This document shows positions 38,645 to 47,591 of a stretch of 64,000 bases of DNA, piece after piece. Positions within the stretch are counted from its first letter, which is position 1. Each line of letters starts with the position of its first letter. Made by a program: the position numbers and the translations under genes. Location: the NCBI GenBank assembly GCA_963716985.1, contig OY970323.1, positions 768,001 to 832,000 on the forward strand, given 5' to 3'. Source of the DNA: an uncultured bacterium. Its GTDB lineage: Bacteria; Chlamydiota; Chlamydiia; Chlamydiales; SM23-39. The notes under the pieces are model-generated. The model was not told where the DNA came from. It made no database searches and was given only the letters and a program-made list of their open reading frames with translations.

Positions 38645-39994
38645 TTAAAATGTCGTTAAAGCCGATAGATCGTAAGCGGCATTCGTGAGCATCAAAAACG
38701 CTCCGCTGAAAGCATCCACGATATCGTCGTGGCTGCCTTCGGGGAAATTTTCCAGCTCCCTTAAGAAATCGTCATTCCAAGGAGCCTGAAGGATTTTAAT
38801 ATTGCCAGCTTCTGCTTGGGAAGAAACAGGGAGCGCTCGGGTCACTTTATCTTGGGTCGCTTTGACGGTTTTCACATTGTAGCCTTGGAGCATTCGGAGC
38901 AGATAATCGGCTTCACTGACTCCTGCCTGGCCTGGATCTTGTTCAATGCCGATTCTGACGGCGATTCCATCTTGGCTCGCTGTATTTTTGATCGCTGTTT
39001 GTACGCCAAGAGGGCTTTGTTGAATTCGCACCATGTCAGTGACATACAAGATGTTATTTCTGTCTTTTTCGAGTCGAAGCCCAACGGTATAATCCGGATC
39101 ATTGTTCTCGATTTTTTTGGTGGCCGCACGGTCCCAATAACGGACTGCTTTTGTCCCGCTCTTGGGAATGGCTTTGACGATCTCGAAAAAGCATCGTTGA
39201 AAAAACATGCCGGCCGTAGGACGTACATTCCAGTTGCCCATCAGCAACTGTTCTCTTTCAAAACGGGGAAGGGCTTTCAAATTGGCGAGATAGCCAGGGT
39301 CTTTTTCCAGGAGGATTTTATTATCATGTACCGTAGACGCGACGAAGGAGACACTTTTGGGAAGACATGTCGGATTTTTTTCTATGAGCTCTTCACGGCT
39401 CGATGCCCAGATTGTTTCGTCGTTTTGGATGATGAACCAACGTATTTTACCGCTTCTGGAATGAATGGGATACCCCGATTGGTCATCGATCCACCAAGAG
39501 ATGAATTGCCTGACCCAGGATTCTGAATCAGGATTTGTCGTCGCTCGAATGTAGGGCTTCACTCCACAAGTTGATCGGTTTCTCGACAGCATATAAACGA
39601 ATTGCGACCAAGAAAAATGACTCAGCTCATCAAATCCAATAAAAGAGATTTGGGCGCCTTGCCAATCGAATCGCGTTTTATCATGTTCGAGATGGGCAAA
39701 TTTGACTTTTCCTTTACCCCGGAAATCCCATTCGAGCGTTGATTCTTTGGGGATGCCGTTGGCGTGAGGAAAGATTTCGCAGCTTGTGTCCCATAGTCCG
39801 CCCGGATTGCGCACCTGGGTACTATTTCGTCGAAAAATGACGGCGAAAAATCCGGTGACATTTCGATGGCGTAAACATTCCAAGAGGAGCGCATATGTTT
39901 TACCGCCTCCCGCAGCTCCTCCATAAATCACGATATCAGCAGGGGAGTCTAAAAACTGGTGCTGAGGTCCTTGTTGTGGCATGATTTTAGACAT
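38645..39994 (-). CDS. terL: Phage terminase large subunit
   Basis: YGGAAGGGKT, GFDELSHF, ATTNP, RYWDRAAT, DYTVG, HDDIVDA. Confidence 0.92.
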   Translation of the reverse strand: MSKIMPQQGPQHQFLDSPADIVIYGGAAGGGKTYALLLECLRHRNVTGFFAVIFRRNSTQVRNPGGLWDTSCEIFPHANGIPKESTLEWDFRGKGKVKFAHLEHDKTRFDWQGAQISFIGFDELSHFSWSQFVYMLSRNRSTCGVKPYIRATTNPDSESWVRQFISWWIDDQSGYPIHSRSGKIRWFIIQNDETIWASSREELIEKNPTCLPKSVSFVASTVHDNKILLEKDPGYLANLKALPRFEREQLLMGNWNVRPTAGMFFQRCFFEIVKAIPKSGTKAVRYWDRAATKKIENNDPDYTVGLRLEKDRNNILYVTDMVRIQQSPLGVQTAIKNTASQDGIAVRIGIEQDPGQAGVSEADYLLRMLQGYNVKTVKATQDKVTRALPVSSQAEAGNIKILQAPWNDDFLRELENFPEGSHDDIVDAFSGAFLMLTNAAYDLSALTTF

Positions 39995-40475
39995 TTGGAT
40001 CGTCCGTTTTTGCTTCTATGCAATCGCCTCTTCCATTATCGGGAATATAAATCTGCACAGGATCTTCTCCTTTGACGATCGTTTCCGTAACAATGGTTTC
40101 TCTTTGGCCGAGCCATATCTTTCCAAGCCAGATTGCCATCGTTGCACTTCGTTCGGCTTGTTGAAATTGATACCTTCGGAGGGAGAGTTTATGAAGCCCA
40201 TTGCACCTTTTTCTTAACTCCGCAAAACCCATACCAAAAGCCTCCCTCAACCTTCGATCCAAAGTGTCTACACTGATTCGAAAAGCGCCTGCGATTTCTT
40301 CGGCTGTTGCTTGCAATTCGGTCCAATAGAGCACTTGATCGAGATTGATTTCTTTTTCTGGAATTGTCCCTTTCCATTCAGAAGGAGGGGCTTTAGGATC
40401 TGCGGGAGGCTTAACTGTCTTTTTCGGCCGGCCATTCGGTCTTCCCGTTGGTTTTCTAGGCATAGACTTCACCAT
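39987..40475 (-). CDS. Putative terminase small subunit
   Basis: GRP N-terminus, HTH (AEEIAGAFRISVDTLDRR), MAIWLGKIWLGQ; overlaps the terL start. Confidence 0.75.
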   Translation of the reverse strand: MVKSMPRKPTGRPNGRPKKTVKPPADPKAPPSEWKGTIPEKEINLDQVLYWTELQATAEEIAGAFRISVDTLDRRLREAFGMGFAELRKRCNGLHKLSLRRYQFQQAERSATMAIWLGKIWLGQRETIVTETIVKGEDPVQIYIPDNGRGDCIEAKTDDPNV

Positions 40476-41745
40476 TCCGCTTGATTTCGCAAACCTCGTT
40501 TCTTTGCATCTTGAATTTTCTGTAGCGGGTGACGATCACATCACAATATCTTGGATCCAATTCGCATCCAAAACAACGGCGCCCGAGCTGCTCCGCCGCG
40601 ATCAGCGTGCTGCCAGAGCCCAGAAAGAAGTCAAAAACAAGATCGTCCCTTTTCGAGCTGTTATTGATCAGATAGCCAATCAAAGGGATCGGTTTCATGG
40701 TTGGATGCTCGGCATTTCTCTGGGGGCGATCAAATTTCAAAAGAGTCGTCTGTTTGCGATTGCTATACCAACGGTGTTTCTCCCCCTCTTTCCACCCATA
40801 AAGCACGGGGTCATGATCCGTATATTCCTTCCCTCCAAACAGAATCGGCTCATGCTGCCATTGATAGTCTTGCCTTCCGAGAACAAACGAGTTCTTGAGC
40901 CAGATCAAGCATTGCGTCATCTTCAAATTCGCTTCCCGGAAAAACCGTCGGAATCGTTCTCCTTCCGAGTCTGCGTGAAAGACATAAATTCCAGCGCCCT
41001 CCTTCATAAAGATGTAAGCATTCGTGTAGAAATCCCTTAAAAGCGATTCAAATTCCTCATGAGAAAGATCATCGTTTTTGATGGTGAGTGCATCCCTTGT
41101 TTTTCCCTTGTAAGCCACATTATAGGGAGGATCGGTAATGACAAGATCGATCAGATGGGATTTCAGCACTTTTTCTATATCTCCGTGAAGGGTCGCAGAT
41201 CCGCAAATAAGTCGATGCCGGCCGAGTTCATAAATGTCGCCCGGCTTCGTCTTGGGTTCCTCTGGCAGCTCTTCTTCGTAGCCATCGTCTACAGCTTCGA
41301 TTTTTTCAGGATCCTTGAATTGCAACTCATCTTCTGTAAATCCCCAATTGAATAGATCAGTGACTTCCCATTCATTGGCCAGCCGTTCCCAATCCCACTC
41401 GCCTGAGTTTTTGTTGCTGCGAATGAGATATTCTTCCGCCTCCTTTTCGGTTAGCTGGCGATTGGGTGTCCTCACCTCGATTTCTTCATTGCCACGACCC
41501 AATGCCTTCATTGCTCGCACCCGCATATGACCTGCCAAAATAGTGTTATCCGAATTGATGACAATGGTCTCAACGTAGTTAAAGCTTCGAATCGATTGCT
41601 TGAGCTTTTCCATTTGCTCTGCTGTGATTTTTCGCGGATTTTTCTGATGTTCTTTTAAGTCATTGACTTTTCTAAGTTTGGTGTGCCAAATCAGGTCGCT
41701 CCCTTGTTTTGAGGAGCCTTTGTGATTGGTTGTTTTATTGGTCAT
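40456..41745 (-). CDS. ParB-N-terminal phage DNA methyltransferase (N6/N4)
   Basis: NPRKI...ILAGHMR, TDPPYNV, HPTMKP, DFFLGSGSTL. Confidence 0.92.
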   Translation of the reverse strand: MTNKTTNHKGSSKQGSDLIWHTKLRKVNDLKEHQKNPRKITAEQMEKLKQSIRSFNYVETIVINSDNTILAGHMRVRAMKALGRGNEEIEVRTPNRQLTEKEAEEYLIRSNKNSGEWDWERLANEWEVTDLFNWGFTEDELQFKDPEKIEAVDDGYEEELPEEPKTKPGDIYELGRHRLICGSATLHGDIEKVLKSHLIDLVITDPPYNVAYKGKTRDALTIKNDDLSHEEFESLLRDFYTNAYIFMKEGAGIYVFHADSEGERFRRFFREANLKMTQCLIWLKNSFVLGRQDYQWQHEPILFGGKEYTDHDPVLYGWKEGEKHRWYSNRKQTTLLKFDRPQRNAEHPTMKPIPLIGYLINNSSKRDDLVFDFFLGSGSTLIAAEQLGRRCFGCELDPRYCDVIVTRYRKFKMQRNEVCEIKRNGEVYA

Positions 41746-41870
41746 TCAATTTCTCTTTTTTGAAGTTTTTCAGTCGAAATTTTCCTTGCAATAGCAAGGA
41801 TCGCTTTCAAATCAAAAAGGGGTGATTGAGAAACTGGGTAAGTGGGTAGAAGCCTGCCGGCTTAGGAAAG

Positions 41871-42212
41871 TCACGCTTTAGTGACGATTTCGATCGTAAT
41901 GGGATAAAGTTCTTCGACCATTTTTCTTTTCGTCTGGCTTAGGGCAGTATCTTTGCCTTTCGTGTCGACGAAGCTAATATCTCCATTCGAATAAAACACC
42001 TGAAAATCACAGACATAACGGGTCCTGCCGGGCAGATCGAAAGGGATCTGTCGCAAGAAAAACAACACCTGTCCATTATTTTGTAATAGGCGCAGCCTGT
42101 CGTAATATCTGGCCTCGAGTTTGGAGGGGAATTTTTTCCCGTCGCGTTCGCAGCGAACCGCGCCAAATTTATGTTTTGACCTGGGCCGCTGTTTGAAAAT
42201 CTGGAATGCCAT
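41871..42212 (-). CDS. DUF1064-family phage PD-(D/E)XK nuclease-like protein
   Basis: KFGA...DGKKFPSKLEARYY, YVCDF, VDTKG. Confidence 0.8.
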   Translation of the reverse strand: MAFQIFKQRPRSKHKFGAVRCERDGKKFPSKLEARYYDRLRLLQNNGQVLFFLRQIPFDLPGRTRYVCDFQVFYSNGDISFVDTKGKDTALSQTKRKMVEELYPITIEIVTKA

Positions 42213-42364
42213 TTTGGTTTCGACCTCCTGTAAGTTGCTGGGTCATTCGGCATTTTGTCAAAAAATTTCATTTATTTGAACCTTCAACTTTTACAGACAA
42301 AAGGTAAAGTCTATATGTAAACTTTTTACTGAGGTTTCGAAAAGCAAGGCTTTTGAAATCCTGC

Positions 42365-42396
42365 TTGACCCTCACGTATACGTCATTCCTTATTAT
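42365..42396 (+). promoter_or_regulatory. MerR-type long-spacer promoter with dyad operator
   Basis: TTGACC, 20-bp spacer containing palindrome ACGTATACGT, TATTAT; resembles TipA/Mta operators. Confidence 0.75.
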
Positions 42397-42443
42397 GGGG
42401 CCATCCTTTAAAATCAAAGAGATATTAAAGGAGAAAGGAATCG

Positions 42444-43217
42444 ATGGCATATACAGTAAAAAAGTTAAGCGAACTTTCCGGAGTAACAGTCAGGACCCTC
42501 CATTTTTACGAAGAAGCCGCTCTTCTCAAGCCGGCTTATTATGGATCCAACGGGTATCGCTACTACGAAGAAAAGCAGCTTTTACAACTTCAGCAGATTC
42601 TCTTCTTCAAGGAACTGGGTTTTTCTCTGAAGCAAATCCAAAAGATTGTAGGGAAAAGCGACTTTGATCAGCTCGCTGCCCTCCATTCGCATAGAAAAGC
42701 CTTGAGCCGCGAGCGCGAGAAAATTGGAGTGTTACTGAAAACTATCGATAAGACAATCAAACATTTAAATGGAAAAAAGAAAATGAAAGACAAGGAAATG
42801 TTCGATGGGTTCAACATCACATTAGTAAAGGCAACGGAAGGCAGGTCCTATTCCGCAGCTGAAAAACTCGTTGCTCAAAGCGTTAAGCATCCGACCAAAG
42901 GTGCGCAAGATGTTGAGAAACGAGGCAAGGCCTATTATGACAATATCGCCAAAACAGCCCATGCGCTATTTGAAGAATTGGTTCGCTGCATTGAAAAAGG
43001 ACTCGATCCTGGAGCCGATGAAGTGCAAAAGATCGTGAAAAAACATCATGTATTCATGAAACAAACGCATGCAGTAACCAAAGATGTGTATGAGGCTATG
43101 GCTCAATTGTATGCGGAACATCCAGATTTCCGAAAACAGCTCGATCCATTTCATCCCAAATTGGCTGAATTTATGACAGCTGCGATGAAAGTTTTTGCCG
43201 ATCGGAAACTATCATAG
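42444..43217 (+). CDS. MerR-family regulator with TipAS-like ligand domain (TipA/Mta type)
   Basis: YTVKKLSELSGVTVRTLHFYE, NGYRYY, LQQILFFKELGFSL, YAEHPDFRK. Confidence 0.9.
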   Translation: MAYTVKKLSELSGVTVRTLHFYEEAALLKPAYYGSNGYRYYEEKQLLQLQQILFFKELGFSLKQIQKIVGKSDFDQLAALHSHRKALSREREKIGVLLKTIDKTIKHLNGKKKMKDKEMFDGFNITLVKATEGRSYSAAEKLVAQSVKHPTKGAQDVEKRGKAYYDNIAKTAHALFEELVRCIEKGLDPGADEVQKIVKKHHVFMKQTHAVTKDVYEAMAQLYAEHPDFRKQLDPFHPKLAEFMTAAMKVFADRKLS

Positions 43218-43227
43218 TATTAACACG

Positions 43228-43257
43228 ACCTCTCTTCAGCGATGAGGGGAGGTCGAA
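43228..43257. terminator. Stem-loop after merR
   Basis: CGACCTCTCTTCA-gcga-TGAGGGGAGGTCG with G-U pairs. Confidence 0.6.
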
Positions 43258-43263
43258 AATCAA

Positions 43264-43350
43264 TCATTTTCCAGCGTTCTTATTCAAGCGCATCATAACA
43301 TGTGGCTTACGCTCATGCGACGGAATAAATTCGCCAACAATATTCATCAT
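43264..43350 (-). pseudogene. 3' remnant of a GNAT paralogous to 45900..46442
   Basis: IVGEFIPSHERKPHVMMRLN versus IVEEFVPSHSTQLHYMMRLN. Confidence 0.7.
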
Positions 43351-43576
43351 GGAGTATTGGCTGTGGTCTTCCGAACGAACCTATCAGAATTAGGCTAAAG
43401 GACTTGGTTTCTTTAATTCATCCAAAAATTGTCAGCGTCGCCGTTGTACAATAATCGCACGCGTGTGCTATACTCATACAGTTTCAATCATTTATGCCCC
43501 TAAGAAAGAGGCGTTGATCATGAATGTGCTAATAATAGCAGATCAACAATGGTGATCGACTAAAACTAGGTAATTT

Positions 43577-44365
43577 ATGAAAAAATTTGTCAGTTTACTC
43601 TTTGCTATTTCGGCTTGCTGCGGATATGCAGAAATTCAAGCAGAAAACCCCTCCAAAGATTGGATGATTGGGGGAAAGATCCACTTCGAAGAGCAAAGCT
43701 CTGCTGATTATATCGGGACAATAAAGATTAATGAATTAACTCGAAATGCGATCAAAGATTTTTTCGACGTTCAAATCGATTCATGCGCTCACAATGCAAA
43801 AGCATTACTCAAAAAAGAAAACAATCAGGTCATTCTCACTCACAGGGAAGAACGATCCAAACCAGGCATTGGAGAAGAGATGCACGCGACCCTGTTGTAT
43901 ACGAGCAAGCGGGTCGAGAATGGGCATGAAACTCTTCGCGATATTTATGAAAATCTGAGAGACGCGGACGCAAGCTTGCCACAAGATCGAGCTCCAACTG
44001 TTGAACAAATAGCAAACGCCTATCAAAAGATCATAAAACCTGATTGGAAATTTCAGGTTGTCGATGTCGTATTTATCAGCGGCAAAACGGGAAGTGGCAT
44101 TGTGGCCAAATTACAATTGGATGGCCAAGACGAAATATCAAACAATCAAGGCAATCCGATTTCGGGTAGCTTTTTGCACGTATCGCTAGCAATGATAGAC
44201 GCTTCAATGACTTCGGAAATGGAAAAAATACAACTCGTGGCCTCCGCATTAAAAGACAATTTGTCCGGTAAAATGGTAAAAATCGGCAATAGAAATGGTC
44301 TGGCAGATCTAGAATTCGGGATCTCCGGATCGGCAGATCGCATCAGACCACTGCTCATTGAATAG
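43577..44365 (+). CDS. Secreted protein, candidate 2H phosphoesterase
   Basis: Signal peptide MKKFVSLLFAISACCGYA; MHATLLY and LHVSLA motifs about 98 aa apart. Confidence 0.6.
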   Translation: MKKFVSLLFAISACCGYAEIQAENPSKDWMIGGKIHFEEQSSADYIGTIKINELTRNAIKDFFDVQIDSCAHNAKALLKKENNQVILTHREERSKPGIGEEMHATLLYTSKRVENGHETLRDIYENLRDADASLPQDRAPTVEQIANAYQKIIKPDWKFQVVDVVFISGKTGSGIVAKLQLDGQDEISNNQGNPISGSFLHVSLAMIDASMTSEMEKIQLVASALKDNLSGKMVKIGNRNGLADLEFGISGSADRIRPLLIE

Positions 44366-44371
44366 GAGCGT

Positions 44372-44881
44372 ATGAATTTAATTTCAAAAAGTCAGTTGCG
44401 TTTATATTTTGCAGGCCCACTTTTTAATCAGGCTGAACGCCAGTTCAATGAACGACTTTGCCTAAGATTAGAAGATCTTGGTATTAGCGTGTTTTTGCCG
44501 CAAAGAGATGGCATTGAAAGCTCTAAGCCGCCATACAAAGAAATGTCAAAAGATGATCGCAGGCGAGCGATGTTTACAATGGATCGGGACCAAATTTTAG
44601 CGGCGGAGATCTTTTTGTTTGTCCTTGATGGGAGAGTGCCTGATGAAGGCGCATGCGTTGAGCTGGGCGTCGCCTACGGACAGCGATTTTTGACTCAGCA
44701 AAAAAAGACGTTAGTTGGATTAAAAACGGATAATAGAACAGCCTTTGCAGAAGCCATGCTAAATCCAATGATTTCTCAAGCTTTGGATAAGATCTGTCTG
44801 AAAGAAGAAGAATTGCTTGACTATCTGAGGCAGGTGCTGAAAGATTGCGCACCCACCTTAGCAATCCATGCGCCTTGTTGA
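44372..44881 (+). CDS. Nucleoside 2-deoxyribosyltransferase-family protein
   Basis: LYFAGPLF, VFLPQRD, DGRVPDEGACVELGVAY. Confidence 0.88.
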   Translation: MNLISKSQLRLYFAGPLFNQAERQFNERLCLRLEDLGISVFLPQRDGIESSKPPYKEMSKDDRRRAMFTMDRDQILAAEIFLFVLDGRVPDEGACVELGVAYGQRFLTQQKKTLVGLKTDNRTAFAEAMLNPMISQALDKICLKEEELLDYLRQVLKDCAPTLAIHAPC

Positions 44882-44928
44882 TATTTGGCATATGGCCTTT
44901 TTTTATCGCCCATTATATAGTCTGGCTT

Positions 44929-45915
44929 ATGGATTTGAAAAAGTTTCATTCACTTGAAGTGTCTGGATTGGGCCTCGGTTGCATGGGGATGACTGGTTTT
45001 TATGGCTCCGTGAACAAAAATCAATGCGTTCAAGCGATTCGAACAGCGCTTGAAAATGGCATCACCTTGTTAGATACCGCAGATAACTATGGATTCGGGG
45101 AAAACGAGACCCTTATAGGAACTGCCATTGCTTCACTTCGCAAAAATGTCCATATTGCCACCAAAGTTGGTGTTGTCCGTCAAAAAGAAAAGCCGGAATT
45201 GTTTTCCATCAACGGGACTCCGCAATATATCAAGCAGCAATGTGTCAATAGCTTAAAGCGATTAGGGGTTCCTGTTATTGATCTATACTACCTTCATCAT
45301 GTTGATCCCAATACACCGATCGAAGAAACGATGCATGCTATGGCAGAGCTTGTAACAGCCGGTCTGGTGCGACACATCGGACTTTATGAGATGGGAGCAC
45401 AATACATTCGCCGAGCCCATGCGGTGCACCCAATCACGGCTGTTCAAGCAGAATATTCCCTATTTTCAAGAGAGGCTGAAGAGCAGATCATTCCGCTCTG
45501 TAAGGAGCTTGGGATTGGATTTATCGCCTGTAGTCCTATTTGCAGGGGACTTCTTAGTGGAGCAATCACTTCATTTCAAAATTTGGCGCCAGATGATTTT
45601 CGTCGAAATTTCCCTCGATTTCAAAATGAAAATCTTAGCCATAATCTTTCGATTGTCAGCTCTCTTCAGAAACTGGCAAAAGAAAAGTCTTGTTCGCTAT
45701 CCCAATTGGCTTTGGCTTGGGTTGCGGCTCAATCACCTTCATTTCTCCCTCTTTTTGGGGCGACGCAATCGACTCATGTATTGGAAAACATCAACAGCGC
45801 AAAAATCCAGCTCACACAACGTGAAATAGATCAGATCAATGAAATCGTCGCCAAAGGAATGGTTCGCGGAGACCGGCATCCTAAAATGGTCCAACAGCTC
45901 TACAAGTCATCCTGA
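44929..45915 (+). CDS. Aldo/keto reductase
   Basis: LGLGCMGM, DTADNYG, IATKVG, IDLYYLH, QAEYSLFSR. Confidence 0.92.
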   Translation: MDLKKFHSLEVSGLGLGCMGMTGFYGSVNKNQCVQAIRTALENGITLLDTADNYGFGENETLIGTAIASLRKNVHIATKVGVVRQKEKPELFSINGTPQYIKQQCVNSLKRLGVPVIDLYYLHHVDPNTPIEETMHAMAELVTAGLVRHIGLYEMGAQYIRRAHAVHPITAVQAEYSLFSREAEEQIIPLCKELGIGFIACSPICRGLLSGAITSFQNLAPDDFRRNFPRFQNENLSHNLSIVSSLQKLAKEKSCSLSQLALAWVAAQSPSFLPLFGATQSTHVLENINSAKIQLTQREIDQINEIVAKGMVRGDRHPKMVQQLYKSS

Positions 45916-46442
45916 TCAGGAGCCAAAAGCTCGCTCATGTTTAAACGCATCATGTAATGAAGCTGAGTGCTATGCGACGGAACAAATTCTTCAACGATTT
46001 TAAAACCCGCCTTTTTATAAACGTGGATCGCTCGCAAGTTGGTCGTATCCGGATCGATGAGAACCTCTTTCACACGAGCGAATTGACTCACGAGAAAGTC
46101 TTGAATCAATCGATGCGCGAGCCCTTTTCCAAGATAATTCGAATCGCCGATCAATATATCGAGTGTAATCGCATCACCGGATTCGCTGCACCATCGGGTC
46201 AATTCATCATTTGGTTTATTAACAGAAGAGGTGATCAGTAGGACGAATGGATGGTTTTGATCGAATGCGAGCCAATATTGCCAGGGCGACGAGCCCTGAA
46301 TGAATGCATCCAACTGCTTGATGGTGTTTTCTAATCCTTGGCCGCAGAACCATTGCATCACATGAGGCTGCTGTAGCCAAGAAAGGATCAGTTCTTGATG
46401 TTTTATTGTTGCCAACTCAAAAGCGAATTGCTTTGTTTTCAT
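45900..46442 (-). CDS. GNAT acetyltransferase (AAC(6')-Ib/siderophore acetyltransferase-like)
   Basis: WLQQPHVMQW, YLGKGLA, IDPDTTNLRAIHVYKKAGF. Confidence 0.85.
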   Translation of the reverse strand: MKTKQFAFELATIKHQELILSWLQQPHVMQWFCGQGLENTIKQLDAFIQGSSPWQYWLAFDQNHPFVLLITSSVNKPNDELTRWCSESGDAITLDILIGDSNYLGKGLAHRLIQDFLVSQFARVKEVLIDPDTTNLRAIHVYKKAGFKIVEEFVPSHSTQLHYMMRLNMSELLAPDQDDL

Positions 46443-46452
46443 TATTTTGCCG

Positions 46453-46680
46453 TTAACAAGTTTGTTTTAAAACATTAGTTTTTATTTGTTTCAATTCATC
46501 CTGGATTTCGATTAATTGCCCTTTATGCAATTTATATAGTAGAGGAATCACACCGCAATTTTCACAAACGCCCCAATTACATTTCCCAGCATTTTTTTGG
46601 CAAAGCTGTCTACATAAGGCAAGTTCTTGGTCGAATACTTCTTTGGGAATAAGCTCTTTTTTTAACATATTGTTTTTCAA
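46453..46680 (-). CDS. Small Cys-rich hypothetical protein
   Basis: C..LC......CNWG.C..CGVIP; 4-nt overlap with the upstream gene. Confidence 0.65.
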   Translation of the reverse strand: MKNNMLKKELIPKEVFDQELALCRQLCQKNAGKCNWGVCENCGVIPLLYKLHKGQLIEIQDELKQIKTNVLKQTC

Positions 46681-47591
46681 CTCGTTGATTCCTTTCGGTG
46701 ATTTTTCAAATGATCTACAACTAATTGAGCGATGCGCTTTTCCAAATCATAATTAAAGAAAACATGTCCCATGCCATGAATTACGACAAACCGAGAGTTT
46801 GGAATTGCATCAGCCACGGCTTTACCATGCCTCAATAAAACAATCGGATCCTTATCTCCATGAATGACCAAAGTAGGCTGAGTGATTTTGGAAAGGGTAT
46901 TCGATTGTTTCATCTGTGCGAGGAATTCCTGCATCATGAGATCGTGATTTTGGGCGTTTTTATTTTTGGTGCGGGTCAGAAAATCGATTGTGAAAGCTTT
47001 GGCCATCTCTTCATCAAATGGAATTTCTGCATTTGCATGACGCCAAACAGGCAAAAGATTTTGAACAGTTTCATCTACCGTTTTCCCATTTTTGACTGAA
47101 AGAAACATCTTCGTCATGCGATCTAAAAACTCTTGTTCAACCGCTGTTAGATCCATCAAACCTTCTTTCGTTATTTCAATCGGTCCTGCAGAGATAATGA
47201 CCAGACTAAGAACTTTTTCAGGATAATCTACACCGATTCTTTGACAAATCCATCCTCCCATCGAATCGCCAATGAAATGCGCTTTTTTAATGCCATAACC
47301 GTCGATCACAGAAATAGCATCTTTGGCGAGATCCGACATGGTATACGGCGCTTTTTGCCAGTCAATTTCAGAAGACTTGCCCACATCACGATGATCATAG
47401 CGAATAATGAAAAAACCCTGGCTGGCAAGGTATTGGCAAAAAGCATCGGTCCAAAATCTCGCCGTGCTCATTTTTCCGGCAATGAGAACGCAAGCAGGGT
47501 TTGATGATTTCCCAAAAGATTCGGTGTGTAGTTTTAGATGGTTGACAAAGATATCTTTCTTAGAAAATCCAGACATTTTACCCCTCTTCAA
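46677..47591 (-). CDS. Alpha/beta hydrolase
   Basis: IRYDHRDVGKS, GDSMGG, IHGDKDP, GMGH. Confidence 0.9.
   Translation of the reverse strand: MKRGKMSGFSKKDIFVNHLKLHTESFGKSSNPACVLIAGKMSTARFWTDAFCQYLASQGFFIIRYDHRDVGKSSEIDWQKAPYTMSDLAKDAISVIDGYGIKKAHFIGDSMGGWICQRIGVDYPEKVLSLVIISAGPIEITKEGLMDLTAVEQEFLDRMTKMFLSVKNGKTVDETVQNLLPVWRHANAEIPFDEEMAKAFTIDFLTRTKNKNAQNHDLMMQEFLAQMKQSNTLSKITQPTLVIHGDKDPIVLLRHGKAVADAIPNSRFVVIHGMGHVFFNYDLEKRIAQLVVDHLKNHRKESTS

Larger units (their letters stand above)
33086..42212 (-). mobile_element. Prophage/phage-plasmid remnant (packaging module with interleaved integrase and cargo)
   Basis: Co-oriented DUF1064, methylase, terS, terL, portal; no capsid or tail genes in the window. 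Confidence 0.7.

Noticed and set aside
38816..41040. Long antisense ORFs (38816..39526, 40345..41040) and similar shadows such as 18321..19022
   Set aside because: They lie opposite well-supported genes and have no motifs; treated as shadow frames.
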